Assembly: GCF_009914755.1 (NCBI RefSeq)
Contig: NC_060947.1
Direction: 5' to 3' (one strand)
DNA: 64,000 nucleotides
Origin: the human T2T-CHM13v2.0 reference genome, Homo sapiens
Below the pieces are notes generated by a model. The model searched no databases. It saw nothing but the letters and a program-made list of their open reading frames with translations, and was not told the DNA's origin. A program made the translations under genes and the position numbers. Below are positions 11,043-25,500 of the stretch, one piece after another. Numbering within the stretch: the stretch's first letter is position 1; every line of letters begins with the position of its first letter.

Positions 11043-14000
11043 GGGACTTCTGTTTCTGGCCATGATGGACGACTGGCAGCACAGGACAGTGACCCCAGAA
11101 AAGGGAAGCAAATGATATGGGCCCTACAAGTGCCTAGCTCACTGCCTGGAGAGATTTTCTTGGTCACGGGATAAGTAAAAGGAAGCTAAACAGATCCCAG
11201 CAGTCTCACCAAGATAAGGTGATAAAGTTTAGAGTAAATATAGGCAAAGGCACCCAGAGTTTGTGGGGCAGAGTATCAGACAGAAGAGAGCTACATAGAT
11301 AGAGAGAGGTCAGGACAGCTGTAGAGGTTTTCCCAAAAGCCTTTGGGTGAGAACTGATCAGTGTGCCTGTATGTGAAGAAGCTACCAAGACTTAGGAAAT
11401 AATGACTAGAAAGGAGCAGGCTGGCAATTTTGGGAGCTCTCATAGGGATGGTAATGTTTTGTGTTCCACTAACAAAACCAGAGTGAAAAGCTCTCCTGAT
11501 ATAGAGGCCATCAGATAGATACTGCAGAATATTGCCTTAGTAGTGGGATAAAATTAGCCTCAAAGTACAGGTTATTCTCAAAGAGTTTAAAAGCAAGGCT
11601 TGGATGTATTAAATTGTTTCCAAATAATTTCATCTCAGAACAAAACTCCAAATATTTTAAGTAATACCCTAGCGAAAATCTAAAACTCAACAATATAAAA
11701 TCACAATTCATGGCATTCAACGAAAAATGAATAGTCATGCAATGGACGATACGACTAATAATGAAGAGAAATATAAATTAGTAGAAACAGACCAAGAGAC
11801 AACACTGATAAAAAAATTAGTAGGTAAATGTGCATCTATTAGAAACATACAAAATATACAAGGTATATTCAAGAAGTTAGAGGAAAGCATGAACACAGGA
11901 GAGAAATAGATAATATAAAAAAGATCCACATTGGACTACTAAACATTAAAAAAATTAGGTGGAGTTAACAGCAGATTAGGCACTGCATTACAAAAAGACC
12001 GATAAATTTTAATACATCAAAATAAATAATTTAAAATAAAACATAAAAGAAAACGGAAAAAAATGAATGCAGCATGAAATAACTGTGGAAAATATCAAAT
12101 GTCCTTATATATATATAATTAAAGTCCTGCAGGATTGGTGGTGGAAAAAAATAATTGACATAATGACCAAATTATTTCCAAGCATGATGTAAAGCTATAA
12201 ACACACGTATCCAAGAAGCTCAGTGAACGTGAAAAAAAGAAACATGAAGAAAACTACAGAGAGGCACATCATTATCAAATTCTTGAAAACCAGTGAAAGA
12301 GAATCTTAAAAACAGCCTCAGAGAAGAAAGGACATTATTCAAAGAACAAAAATCATAAGATTAACAAAAAACTTCTCAGTCACAATGAAAGTCAGAAGAC
12401 AGAAGAGCAATATTGTTAAAGTACTTTTTTAAAAAAAATGTAAAAAATCTCCTTAAGCTGATAAGCAACTTCAGCAAAGTCTCAGGATACAAAATCAATG
12501 TGCAAAAATCACAAGCATTCCTATACACCAATAACAGACAAACAGAGAGCCAAATCACGAGTGAACTCCCATTCACAATTGCTTCAAAGAGAATAAAATA
12601 CCTAGGAATCCAACTTACAAGAGATGTGAAGGACCTCTTCAAGAACTACAAACAACTGCTCAAGGAAATAAAAGAGAACACAAACAAATGGAAGAACAGT
12701 CCATGCTCATGGGTAGGAAGAATCAATATCGTGAAAATGGCCATACTGCCCAAGGTAATTTATAGATTCAATGCCATCCCCATCAAGCTACCAATGACTT
12801 TTTTCACAGAATTGGAAAAAATTACTTTAAAGTTCATATGGAACCAAAAAAGAGCCCACATTACCAAGAAAAACCTAAGCCAAAAGAAAAAAGCCGGAGG
12901 CATCACGCTACCTGACTTCAAACTATACTACAATGCTACAGTAACCAAAACAGCATGGTACTGGTACCAAAACAGAAATATAGACCAATGGAACAGAACA
13001 GAGCCCTCAGAAATAATACCACACATCTACAATCACCTGATCTTTGACAAATCTGACAAAAACAATAAATGGGGAAAGGATTCCCTTTTTAATAAATGGT
13101 GCTGGGAAAACTGGCTAGCCATATGTAGAAAGCTGAAACTGGATCCCTTCCTTACACCTTATACAAAATTAATTCAAGATGGATTAAAGACTTAAATGTT
13201 AGACCTAAAACCATAAAAACCCTAGAAGAAAACCTAGGCAATACCATTCAGGACATAGGCGTGGGCAAAGACTTCATGACTAAAACACCAAAAGCAATGG
13301 CAACAAAAGCCAAAATTGACAGATGGGATCTAATTAAACTCAAGAGCTTCTGCACAGCAAAAGAAACTACTATCAGAGTGAACAGGCAACCTACAGAATG
13401 GGAGAAAATTTTTACAATCTACCCATCTGACAAAGGGCTAATATACAGAATCTACAAAGAACTCAAACAAATTTACAAGAAAAAATCAAACATCCCCATC
13501 AAAAAGTGGGCAAAGGATATGAACAGACACTTCTCAAAAGAAGACATTTATGCAGCCAACAGACACATGAAAAAAATGCTCACCATCACTGGCCATCAGA
13601 GAAATGCAAATTAAAACCACAGTGATCTCAGGCCACTTAGAATGGCGATCATTAAAAAGTCAGGAAACAACAGGTGCTGGAGAGGATGTGGAGAAATAGG
13701 AATACTTTTACACCGTTGGCAGGACTGTAAACTAGTTCAGCCATTGTGGAAGACAGTGTGGCGATCCCTCAAGGATCTAGAACTAGAAATACCATTTGAC
13801 CCAGCCATCCCATTACTGGGTATATACCCAATGGATTATAAATCATGCTGCTATAAAGACGTATGCACACGTATGTTTATTGTGGCACTATTCACAACAG
13901 CAAAGACTTGGAACCAACCCAAATGTCCATCAATGATAGACTGGATTAAGAAAATGTGGCACATATACACCATGGAATACTATGCAGCCATAAAAAAGGA

Positions 14001-16500
14001 TGAGTTCACGTCCTTTGTAGGGACATGGATGAAGCTGGAAACCATAATTCTGAGCAAACTACCGCAAGGACAGAAAACCAAACACCACATGTTCTCACTC
14101 ATAGGTGGGAATTGAACAATGAGAACACTTGGACACAGGTTGGGGAAGATCACACACTGGGGCCTGTCGTGGGGTGGGGGGAGGGGGAAGGGATAGCATT
14201 AGGAGATATACCTAATACAAATGATGAGTTAATGGGTGCAGCACACCAACATGGCACATGTATACATATGTAACAATCCTGCACATTGTGCACATGTACC
14301 CTAGAAGTTAAAGTATAATAAAAAATTTTTAAAAATGACCAGCTTACTCGTCTATACACAACAAAAATACTTTTGAATAATGAAGAATTGATAAAGACTG
14401 TTTTTAGACTTAAAAGGCCAAAAGAAGTCTTCACCAGAGAAGAAGCATGATAAAAAATGTTAAAAGAAGTTTTTAAGGCAAAGGGAAAATGATACAAGAT
14501 AGAAATTTGAATTTGATCAAAGTAATACATAGCACCAGAAAAGATAAATATGTAGGTAAATTTACAACATTGTTTTTCTTATTGTTAACATTTCTTTAAA
14601 AGATAGTTGGCTGTTGAAAACAAAAACAATAATGTATTTAGGGGCTAATAATATATGTGAAAGAAGTATATATGATAAAAATAGTAGAAGTCATATTAGT
14701 CATATGAAGGAAATGGAAGTTGATTATTACAGAGTTGTTATGCTACATGTGATGGGATATAATATTATTGGAAGTCGGCAGTGATCACTTGAAGAATATT
14801 ATGAACCCTACAGCAAACAAAAGAAAGAAGTATACCTAATAAGCTAATAAAATAGGTTAAATGAAACATGAAGAAATAATTCATCCAAAAGAAGAGAGGA
14901 AAAGAGAAAGAAAGAAAATGTGAGGTAAATAGAAAACAAATAGCAAGATAGTAAATTTAAATCTATCCGTATAGATATGTATTGCCTAAACACTCAATTA
15001 AAAAGCAAAGATTGTTAAATTTGATAAAAACTCAAGACCCAACTACACATGCTATTTACAAAAACCATACAATCCTTAACACTTTAAATACAAACAAACT
15101 AATAGATTAGAGTAAAAGGATGGAAACATATGTACCATGCAATTTCTAATCAAAAGAAAGTTGGAGTAGTTATATAAATATCAGATGAAGTAGCCTTCAG
15201 AATAAGAAGCATTAGTGCAGATAAAGGGTGATTTTATAATGATAAAGGTGTCAATTCATCAACAAAATGTAGCAGTCCTAAATGTTCATTTATCAATAAA
15301 ACATAACAATCCTAAATGTTTATGTACCCTCCCAGCAGAAATTCAAAATATATGAAGCAAATACTGATAGAACTGAAAGGAGAAATAAACAAATCCACAA
15401 TCAGAGTTGGAGATTTTGGCACGCCTTTCAAGGTAATTGATATAAGTAGAAAGAAAATTAGTAAATATATAGATGAAATCCCCAAATATGTGGAAACCAA
15501 AAAATTTAAATCTAAAAAACCTGTAGATCCAAGTACAAATTAAAAGGGAAATTAGAAAATATTTTGAACTGAATGCAAATGAAAATATAACTTATCAAAA
15601 TTGTGGGATGCAGGTAAAATAGTGCTTAAGTAGAAATTTATAGCATTCAAATTTTATATTACGAAAGAAGAATGGTCTAAAATCAATGACCTATGTTTCC
15701 ATGTTTTGAAACTGGAAAAGAAACAGAAAAGTAAGTGGAAAATAACATAAGAAAAAACAAAAATAGGAGAAGAAATTAGTGAAATAGGAAAGAGAGAAAC
15801 AGTATAGGAAAATCAATTAAATTGAAAGCTGGTTCTTCAAGTATATCACTAAAATTGACACAACTCTAGTCAGACTGGTTAGCAAAGAAAGAGAACATAC
15901 AGTTTACCAATATCAAGAAAGAAAGAAGGGATATCCCTATAGGTCCTATAGTCTTTGAAAGAATAATAAAGAAATATTATGGCAATTTTATGCCAAAAAC
16001 TTGGCAATTTAGATGAAATGCACAAATTCTTCAAGAGACACAAACTACAAAAACTCACTCAAGAAGCAATAGATAATCTGAATAAGTATGGGTCAATTTT
16101 TAAAATTGAATTTACAATTAGATGCTTTCACACAAAGTCAACTCCAGTCCAGGATGACTTTACTAGTTAACTCTACCAAAAAATTAACAAATAAATAATA
16201 TCAGTCTTACATAAACTCTTCCAAAATATAAAATAGTAGGGCATACTTCTCAACTCATTCTATGAGGTCAGCATTACTCTGGTGAAAAAGCAGTCAGAGG
16301 CATCATGAGAAAAGAAATGTATAGGCTAATATCACTAGTAGAATACAGGTGTCAGATCCTTAACAAAATTTTAGCAAATTGGATCTAGCAATATATAAAA
16401 AGGATACTACATTAATCCAGCACAATTTATCCCAGTAACAAAAGTTTGGTTTAATATTCAAAAATCAACAATTCATCATTGTAACAGATCAAACAAACAA
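11043..16500 (+). mobile_element. Old L1M element (5' UTR, ORF1, part of ORF2; degenerate), interrupted by an L1PA
   Basis: Starts gggacttctgtttctggccatgatgg (L1M 5' motif); ORF1 remnants (ccaagaagctcagtgaac); ORF2 remnants in ORF 15316 and ORF 15979 (NLDEMHKFFKRHKLQKLTQE). Confidence 0.75.
12442..14325 (+). mobile_element. 5'-truncated L1PA (about L1PA4-5), 3' 1.9 kb of ORF2 plus 3' UTR, frameshifted
   Basis: ORFs 12413, 13261 and 13642 are ORF2 C-terminal pieces ([21 protein letters not shown]; CWRGCGEIG); G-rich 3' UTR and A tail. Confidence 0.95.
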
Positions 16501-16514
16501 TAGAAACTTATGTT

Positions 16515-18473
16515 CGGGTTTGGGATTTTAAGAATGGAGAAGTAAGGAGTTTGACAGACACTCTCTACAATAAAACAATGATTCAATGATTTCACTGGTG
16601 AAAATTACATATTTTTTAAAAATTAATCATTTAAAGTCTCTGGAACTCATTTAAGGGAGGACAGCAAGTAGAAAAATATTCAAGAAAAACTACTAAACCT
16701 TGTTAAGAACATTGAAAGTCTGTGATATTTGAGCCATGACCTGCTTCATCCAACTACCTCCTGCCCCTCAGTTCCTGTTTCGGGCAAGAGTGGTTGAGAA
16801 GTCGTACTCTCTTCCTCTACCCTGTCCCCCACTTGTAGAATGGAAACTCTATACCAGACATGGCAGGCTGAAAATATTGGGTTCCTGATCAACTCCATCC
16901 AACATACTCCTTGGTCAGAGAATCTACAATGAGAGGAGCAAGCCAAGGAGATCATAGACTGCCACCTCCCCTCAGTGCCCACTGACAGAACAGAGATTGT
17001 CACTGGAAAAAGTGGGTACCTGCCCCAGTTCTGGTGCAGTGGCACAGGGATTCTTCCCAGGTTGAAAGGCAGTGATATGGTTTGGCTGTCTCCCCACCAA
17101 AATCTCAACTTGAATTGTATCTCCCAGAATTCCCACGTGTTGTGGGAGAGAACCAGGGGGAGGTAATCAAATCATGGGGGCTGGTCTTTCCCATGCTATT
17201 TTCTTGATAGTGAGTAAATGTCATGAAATCTTATGGGTTTATCAGGGGTTTCCGTTTTTGCATCTTTCTCATTTTCTCTTGCCACCGCCATGTTAAGAAG
17301 TGCCTTTCACCTCCCGCCATAATTCTGAGGCCTCCCCAGCTATGTGGAGCTGTTAAGTTCAATTAAACCTCTTTTTGTTCTCAGTTTCAGATATGTGTTT
17401 ATCAGCAGCGTGAAAACAAACTAATACAGGCAGTCTATAAGTACAAATGCTATGCAGCTCTGTGTGATGGGACTGACTTCATTTGAAACAGATAATGTAA
17501 AAATCCACATCTAAGAATGTTGCTGAAAATAATGGTGGACTTGGTGGAGAGCAATTAAGAGGAGGCTGGAGGCTCTAGAATACAAGCAAAATGGCAGAAC
17601 AGCCTGAAGATAAATAGGGAAAGAGATGGCTAAAAAGAGTCCTCCTGGGACTCTTTATGGGAGTCAAGAAAGCTATGCATATGTGCTAGGCCACAACCAC
17701 TCAGGCGCATGCAGAACAGAAAGTGGGGGAAGAAATGAAAGCATATCACAAGCTGGACAGACCATCAACACAGGTCACATGACTCACTGGCGCAAGGGGC
17801 TTAAATGTAACCTCTAACAAATTGTTGAACAAAAAGTTGCTCTGGTCCAGGGGCAATTCCTAGGAAACCAAGCTAAAAATAAAATCAGGTTCATACATGG
17901 CAGTCTGGACAACCGTGTGCATGCCCAAGGCTGCACGCTCTCATGTGCAATCACGGAGGGAGTTTCCAATACACTAGTCTCTGGCTGAATGTGGGTCAAA
18001 GAAATGCAAATATCCTGAACTGCGATGGCAGCTCCCAAGCCACACATATATCCAATAGTGTAAAAATATTACTGGGTAAGGTGTCATAAGCACAAGTTTT
18101 TACCACTAGGTGGCTTATTCAAGCCCGGGGGCATCCCAGTTCAGTCAGAAGGGAAAAAACAAACAAACAAAAAAACCAAAACCAAAACAAAAAACCAAGA
18201 TAAAAAAATCTGAACAGGGACATTAGAAGATAAACAATTTGGAGAAAACAAAAGACTTTGAAGAATTAGTTTAGGGAAAGTACTAAGTACATAATCAGGC
18301 AAACAACCCCTAGCAAGAGGTGGGGGTGTGGGAACAGGGATCGGTATCCAGAGTTGCTACAGCATATTATTCAAAATGTCTAATTTTCGACAGAAAATTA
18401 TAAAACTTGCAAATAAAGAAGAAATGCTGACACATAAAGGGAGGGAGGAAAGCAGGCAATAGAAAATAATTTT
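16515..18473 (+). mobile_element. Old L1M 5' region; resumes at 27228 after a nested antisense L1
   Basis: L1M 5' UTR/pre-ORF1 motif ccagagttgctacagcatattattcaaaatgtc, continued by gaccagatggtgtatttagaagataaagacttcaaagtagctat at ~27248. Confidence 0.6.
17073..17428 (+). mobile_element. THE1A solo LTR (MaLR)
   Basis: tgatatggtttggctg...aaactaataca with TG...CA ends and an exact 5-bp TSD GGCAG (17068-17072 and 17429-17433). Confidence 0.92.
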
Positions 18474-21222
18474 TGTATTTTATTTATTTTTCAACTTAAA
18501 TTTCAGAATAAGGGAGTACAAGCGCAGGTTTGTTACAAAGGTTTACACGATGCTGAGGTTTGTGGTATGAATGATCCTATCACCCAAGTAGTGAACATGG
18601 TACCCATAGTTTTTCAGCCCTTGCCTGCCGCCATCTCTCCACCCTTCAGTAGTCCCCAGTGTCTACTGTTCCAATCTTTATGCCCATGAGTATCCCATGT
18701 TTAGCTTCCACATTTAAGTGAGAAAATGCACTATCTGGTTTTCTGCTTCTGTTCGTTTTATATAGGATAATGGCCTCCAGCTACATCCATTTTGCTTCAA
18801 AAGACATGATTTTTTTTTATGGCTGCACAGTATTACATGGTGTATATGTACCACATTTTCTTTTTCCAGTCCAACATTGATGGGCACATGGGTTGATTCC
18901 ATGTTTTTGCTATTTTGAAATAACGCTGCAGTGAACATGCAGGTGCATGTGTCTTTGGGTAGAATGCTTTTTTTTACTTTGGGTATATACCCAGAAATGA
19001 GAATGCTGGGTCAAATGGTAAACTCGTAGTTCTTTGAGGAATCTCCAAACCGCTTTCCACAGTGGCTGAACTAATTTACATTCCTACCAACAGTGCATTA
19101 GCATTCCCTTTGATCTGCACCCTCACCAGCATCTGTTGTTTATCGACTTTTTAATAATAGCCATTCTAACTGGTGTGAAATGGTTATCTCATTGTGGTTT
19201 TAATTTTCATTTCTCTGATCACTAGTGATGATGAGCATTTTATTCATGTTTGGTGGTTGCTTGTATGTCTTCATTTGAGAAGTGTATGTTCATATCCATT
19301 GCCTACTTTTTAATGATTTTTTGCTTGTTGATTTAAGTTCCTTACAGATTCTGCATATTAGAACTTTGTCAGAGTTTGTGCATATTTTCTCCTATTTTGT
19401 AGGTTGTCTGTTTACTCCCTTGATATTTTCTCTTGCTCAGCAGAAGCTCTTTGGTTTAATTAGATATCATTTGTCAATTTTCGCTTTTGTTGCCGTTGCT
19501 TTTGACATCTTGGTCATTAAATCTTTGTCCATGCCTATGTCCTGAATGGTAATGCCTAGATTGTCTTCCAGGAATTTTATACTTTTGGAGTTTACATTTA
19601 AGTCTTTAGTTCATCTTTAGTTTATTTTTGCATATAGTGTAACGAGGGGTCCAATTTCAATCTTCTACATATGGCTAGGCAGTTATCCTGGCACCATTTA
19701 TTGAATAGGGAATTCTTTCCCCATTACTTGTTTTTGAAAGCTTGGTCAAAGATCAGATTGTTATAGGTGTCTGGCCTTATTTCTGGGTTCTCTATTCTGT
19801 TCCATTGGTCTATGTATCTGTTCTTGTACCAGTACCATGCTGTTTTGGTTAGTGTAGCCCTGTAGTATAAATTAAAGTTGAGTAGTGTGATGCCCCCAAG
19901 CTTTGTTATTTTTGCTTTGTATTGCCTTGGCTATACAGGCTCTTTTTTCGTTCCATATGATTTTGAAAAGTTTTTCTGTAGTTCTGTGAAGAATGTCAAA
20001 GATAGTTAAATGGAAATAGCATTGAATCTGTAAATTGCTTTGTGCAGTATGGTCATTTTAACAATATTGATTCTTCCTATCCATAAGCATGGAATCATTT
20101 TCCATTTCTTTGTGTCATCTCTGATTTTTTTTGAGCAGTGTTTTGTAGTTCTACTTGTAGAAATCTTTCACCTCCCTAATTAGCTGTATTCCTTTTTGTG
20201 GCAATTGTGAATAGGAGGTCATTTCTGATTTCGCTCTCTGCTTGACTTTTGTTGGTGGATAGGAATGCTAGTGATTTTTGCATATTGATTTTGTATCCTG
20301 AGACTTTGCTGAAGTTGTTTATCAGCTTAAGAAACTTTTGGACTGAGATTGTGGAGTTTTCTAGATATAGGATCATGTCATCTGCAAACAGGGATAGTTT
20401 GACTTCCTCTCTTCCTATTTGGATGCCTTTATTTCTTTCTCTTGCCTGATTGCCCTGTTCAGTACTTGAATGTACCTAACATTCAATACTATGTTCAGTA
20501 GGAGTGATGAGAGAGGGCATCCTTTTCTTGTGCTGGTTTTCAATGGGAATGCTTCCAGCTTTTGCCCATTCAGTATGATGTTGGCTGTGGGTTTTTCACA
20601 CATGGCTCTTATCATTTTGAGGTATGTTCCTTCCATACCTAGTTTATTGAGAGATTTTGACATAAATGGGTGTTGAATTTTATAGAAAGCCTTTTCTGCA
20701 TCTATTGAGATAATCATGTGTTTTTTGTCTTTAGCTGTGTTTATGTGATAAATCACAGTTATTAATTTGTATATGTCTAACCAACCTTGCATTCCAGGGA
20801 TGAAGCCTACTTGATTGTGGTGGATAAGCTTTTTGATGAGCTGCTGGATTTGGTTTGCCAGTATTTGTTGAGGATTTTTGCATTGATGTTCATCAAGGGT
20901 ATTGACCTGAAGTTTTCATTTTTTGTTGTATCTCTGCCAGGTTTTGATATCAGGATGATGCTGGCCTCATAGAACGAGCTAGGGAGGAGTCCCTCTTCCT
21001 CTATCTTGTGGAATAGTTTCAGCAGGAATGGTCCCAGCTCCTCTTTGTACATTTGGTAGAATTCAGCTGCGAATCTGCCTAGTCCTGGCCTTTTTGTTGT
21101 TGTTGTTTGGCAGGCTATTTATTACTGCCTCAATTTCAAAACTCATTATTAGTCTGTTAAAGGATTAAATTTCTTCCTGGTTCACTCTTGGGAGGGTGTA
21201 TGTGTCCAGGAATTAATCCTGG

Positions 21223-22210
21223 ACACAGCAAAGGAAACTGTCAACAGAGTAAACAGACAACCTACAGAATGGACAAAATGTTTTTGCAAACTATGCATCT
21301 GACAAAGGTCTAATATCCAGCTTCTGTAAGGAACTTAACAAGTTTACAAGAAAAAAAACAACCCTGTAAAAAAAAAAAAGTCAGCAAAGGACATGAACAG
21401 ATACTTTTCAAAAGAAGACATATATGTGGCCAATAAGCATATGATAAAAAGCTCAACATCACTGATCATTAGAGAAATGCAAATGAAAACCACAATGAGA
21501 TATCATCTCACACCAGTCAGATTGACTATTATTAAAAAGTCAAAAATGACAGATGCTGGTGAGGTTGTGGAGTAAAATGAACACTTATACACTGTTGGAG
21601 GTGTGTAAATTAGTTCAGCCATTATGAAAGTGTGGCAATTCCTCAAAGACCTAAAGACAGAGATACCATTCAACACAGCAATCTCATTACTGGGTATATA
21701 CCTAAAGCAAAATAAATCATTCAATTGTAAAGATGCATTTATGCGTATGTTCACTGCAGCACTATTCTCAATAGCAGACATGGAATCAACCTAATGCCCA
21801 TCAATGATAGACTGGATAAAGAAAATATGGTACATGTACACCATGGAATACTATGCACCCATAAAAAGAACAAGATCATATCCTTTTCAGGGACATGCAT
21901 GGAGCTGGAGGCCATTATTCTTAGCAAACTAACACAGGACCAGAAAATCAAATACTGCATGTTCTCACTTATAAGTGGGAGATAAATGATGAGAACACAT
22001 GGACATGTAGAGAGGAGCAACACACACTTGGCCTTTTAGAAGGTGGAAGGTGGGAGGAGGGAGAGGATCAGGAAGAATAACTAATGGATACTAAGCTTAG
22101 TACATGGGTGACAAAATAATCTGTACAACAAACCTCTGTGACTCGTTTACCTATGTAGCAAATCTGCACTTGTACCACTGAACATAAAATAAAAGTTAAA
22201 GAAGAAAAAA
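21223..22210 (+). mobile_element. L1PA (about L1PA10-13) 3' end; sense arm of a probable 5'-inverted insertion
   Basis: ORFs 21393 and 21794 are the ORF2 C-terminus; 3' UTR ends aaaataaaagttaaa; abuts a minus-strand ORF2 segment. Confidence 0.85.
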
Positions 22211-22213
22211 ACA

Positions 22214-22558
<345 letters not shown>

Positions 22559-25500
22559 TTAAAGAAAATGCTACTGAATTTTTACATTAGTTTTGTATTC
22601 TGAAACTTTACTGAAATCATTTACTAGGTCTAGGAAGCTTTTGGTGGAGTCTTTAGTCTTTTCTAAGTATAGAATCCTATCAGCAAGGAGAGAGAGTTTG
22701 ACTTCTTTTCTTAATTGGATGCCTTTTATTTCTTGCTCTTGTCTGATTGCTCTGGCTAGGACTTCCCATACTATGTTGAATGGGAGGGTTAGAGAGAACA
22801 TCTTTGTCTTGTTCCAGTTCTGAAGAAGAATGTTTCCAGCTTTTGTGTTCAGCATGCTATTGGCTGTGGGTTTCTCATAGATGGCTATTATTATTTTGAG
22901 GTATGTTTCTTTGATGCCTAGTTTCTTGAGGGTTTTTATCATGAAGGGATGTTGGACTTTATTGATAGCTATTTCTGCATCACTTAAGATAATCACATGT
23001 TCTTTTGTTTTCAATTCTGCTTATGTGGTGAATCACATTTATTGATTTGCATAAGTTGAACCAACCTTGAATCCCAGGAATGAAGTCTACTTGAATGTGG
23101 TGAATTAACTTTTTGTTGTACTGCTGGATTGGGCTTGCAAGTATTTTGTTGATGATTTTTGTGTTTATGTTCATCATGGTTATTGGCACGAAATTTTCTT
23201 TTTTCATTGTGTCTATGCCAGATTTTGGTATCAGGATAATGCTGGCTTCATAGAATGAGTTAAGGAGGACTCCTTCCTCCTCTATTTTTGGAATAGCTAT
23301 GGTAGGATTGATAGCAATTCTTCCTTGTATGTCTGGTAGTATTTACCTGTGAATCCTTCTGGTCCTGGGCTTTTTTTGTTGTTGTCTTGTAGGAGTTTTT
23401 TAATTACTAATTCAATTTTAGAATTCATTATTTGTCAGTTCAAGTTTTCACTTTCTTCCTGGTTCAATCTTGGAAGGGTATGTGTTTTTATGAATTTATC
23501 CATTTCCTCTAGATCTTCCAATTTGTGTTATAGAGGTTTTCATAATAGTCTGAGGACCTTTTGTATTTCTGTGGGATTGGTTGTAAAGCCATCTTTTTTA
23601 TTTCTGATTATGCTTAGTTGAAACTTATCTTTTTCTTTGTTAATCTAGCTAGTGTTCAATTGGTCTTTTTTATTCTTTCGAAGTACCAACTTTTGGTTTC
23701 ATTGATCTTTGGTATGAACTTTGCATCTCAATTTCATTCAGTTTTTTTCTAATTTTAGTTATTTATTTTCATCTGCTATCTTTGGATTTGGTTTGTTCTT
23801 GTTTTTCTAGTTCCATTAGGTGCAATGCAATATTAGATTGTTAACTTGAGATCTTTCTAACTTTTGTTGTAGGTGTTGAGTGATGTAAACTTCCTCTTAA
23901 CACTGCTTTGGATGCATCCCAAAATATTTTGATATGTTATTTCTCTATTTTCATTAATTTCAAAGAAATTATTTTTTATTTCTTTCTTGATTTTGTTGTT
24001 CACCCAAAAGTCATTTGGGAGCAAGTTGTTTAATTTCCATGTAATTGTGCAGTTTTGAGATATCTTCTTGGTACTGATTTCTATTTTTATTGCACTGTGG
24101 TCTGAGCATATGCTTGGTATAATTTTGATTTTTTAAAATTTATTGAGGCTTACTTTATGGTCAAGCATATGCTCAATATTAGAATATGTTCTGTGTGCAG
24201 TGGAAGTCTGTTTTGTGGTTGTTGGGTGGATGATTCTGTTGATGTCTATTAGGTCCAGTTGGTTGAGTGTCAAATTTAAGCCCGAAATTCCTTTGTCAGT
24301 TTCCTGCCTCAGTGATCTCTCTTATGTTGTCAGTGGGGTGTTGCAGTCTCCCATTGTTATTTTGTGGTTGCCTAAGTCTTTTCATAGGTCCAAAAGAACT
24401 TCTTTTACAAATCTGTTTGTATGCAGATGTTATGCTCCAATGTTGGATGCATACATATTTAGGACAGTTAAGTTTTCTTGTTGAATTGAACCCATCATCA
24501 TTATGTAATGCCCTTCTTTGTCTTTCTTGATTGTTGTGGATTTAAACTCTGTTTTATATGATATGAGAAGAGTAACCCCTGCTCTTTTTTTGTTTGCCAT
24601 TTGCAAGATAGATCTTTCTCTGTCCCTTTACTTTGAGTCTGTGGGTGTCACTGCCTGGGAGATGGGTCTCTTGAAGACAGCAGACAGTTGGGTCTTGTCT
24701 TTTTATTGAACTTACCACTCTATGTCTTTTAAGTGGGGCATTTTGACTTTTTTACATTCAAGGTTAGTTAGTATTGATACGTAAGATTTTGATCATGTCA
24801 TCTTGTTGTTAGCTGTTTGTTGTGTAGCTTTGGTTGTGTAGTTGTTTCATAGTGTCTGTGGGATATGTGCTTAAGTGTGTTTTCATGGTAGAAGATATAA
24901 TTATTTCATTTCCATGTTTATCATTTCCGTAAGAACCTCCTGTATAGCTGGTTTAGTGATAATAAATTCCCTTAGTGTTTTCTTGCTTTGGAAGTTTATT
25001 TCTCCTTTGCTTATGAAGCATAGCTTGGTGGGATATGAAATTCTTGGTTGGAATTTCTTTTCTTTAAGAATGCTGAATATAGAACCACAATCTTTTCTGG
25101 CTTGTAAGTTTTCTGACTAGAGGTCTTCTTCTAGCCTGATAGAGTTTCCTTTGTAAGTGACTAGAGCCTTCTCTCTTGTTGCCTTTAACAATTTTTTCTT
25201 TCACATTGACCTTCGTGAATCTGATGACTATGTGTCTTGGGAATGTTTGTCTTGTATAGTATCTCACATAGGTTCTGTATATTTCTTGAATTTGCATGTC
25301 AACCTCTCTAATGAGATTGAGGAAATTTTCATGGACCATATCCTCAAATATGTTTTCCAAGTTATTTCTTCTCTCTCCTGTCAGGAATATCAATTAGTTT
25401 TAGGTTAGTCTTGTTACATAATCCCATATTTCTCAGAGGTTTTGTCACAATTTAATTTTTTTTTATTTTTGTCTAAGTTGATTATAAGATTCTGTCTTCA

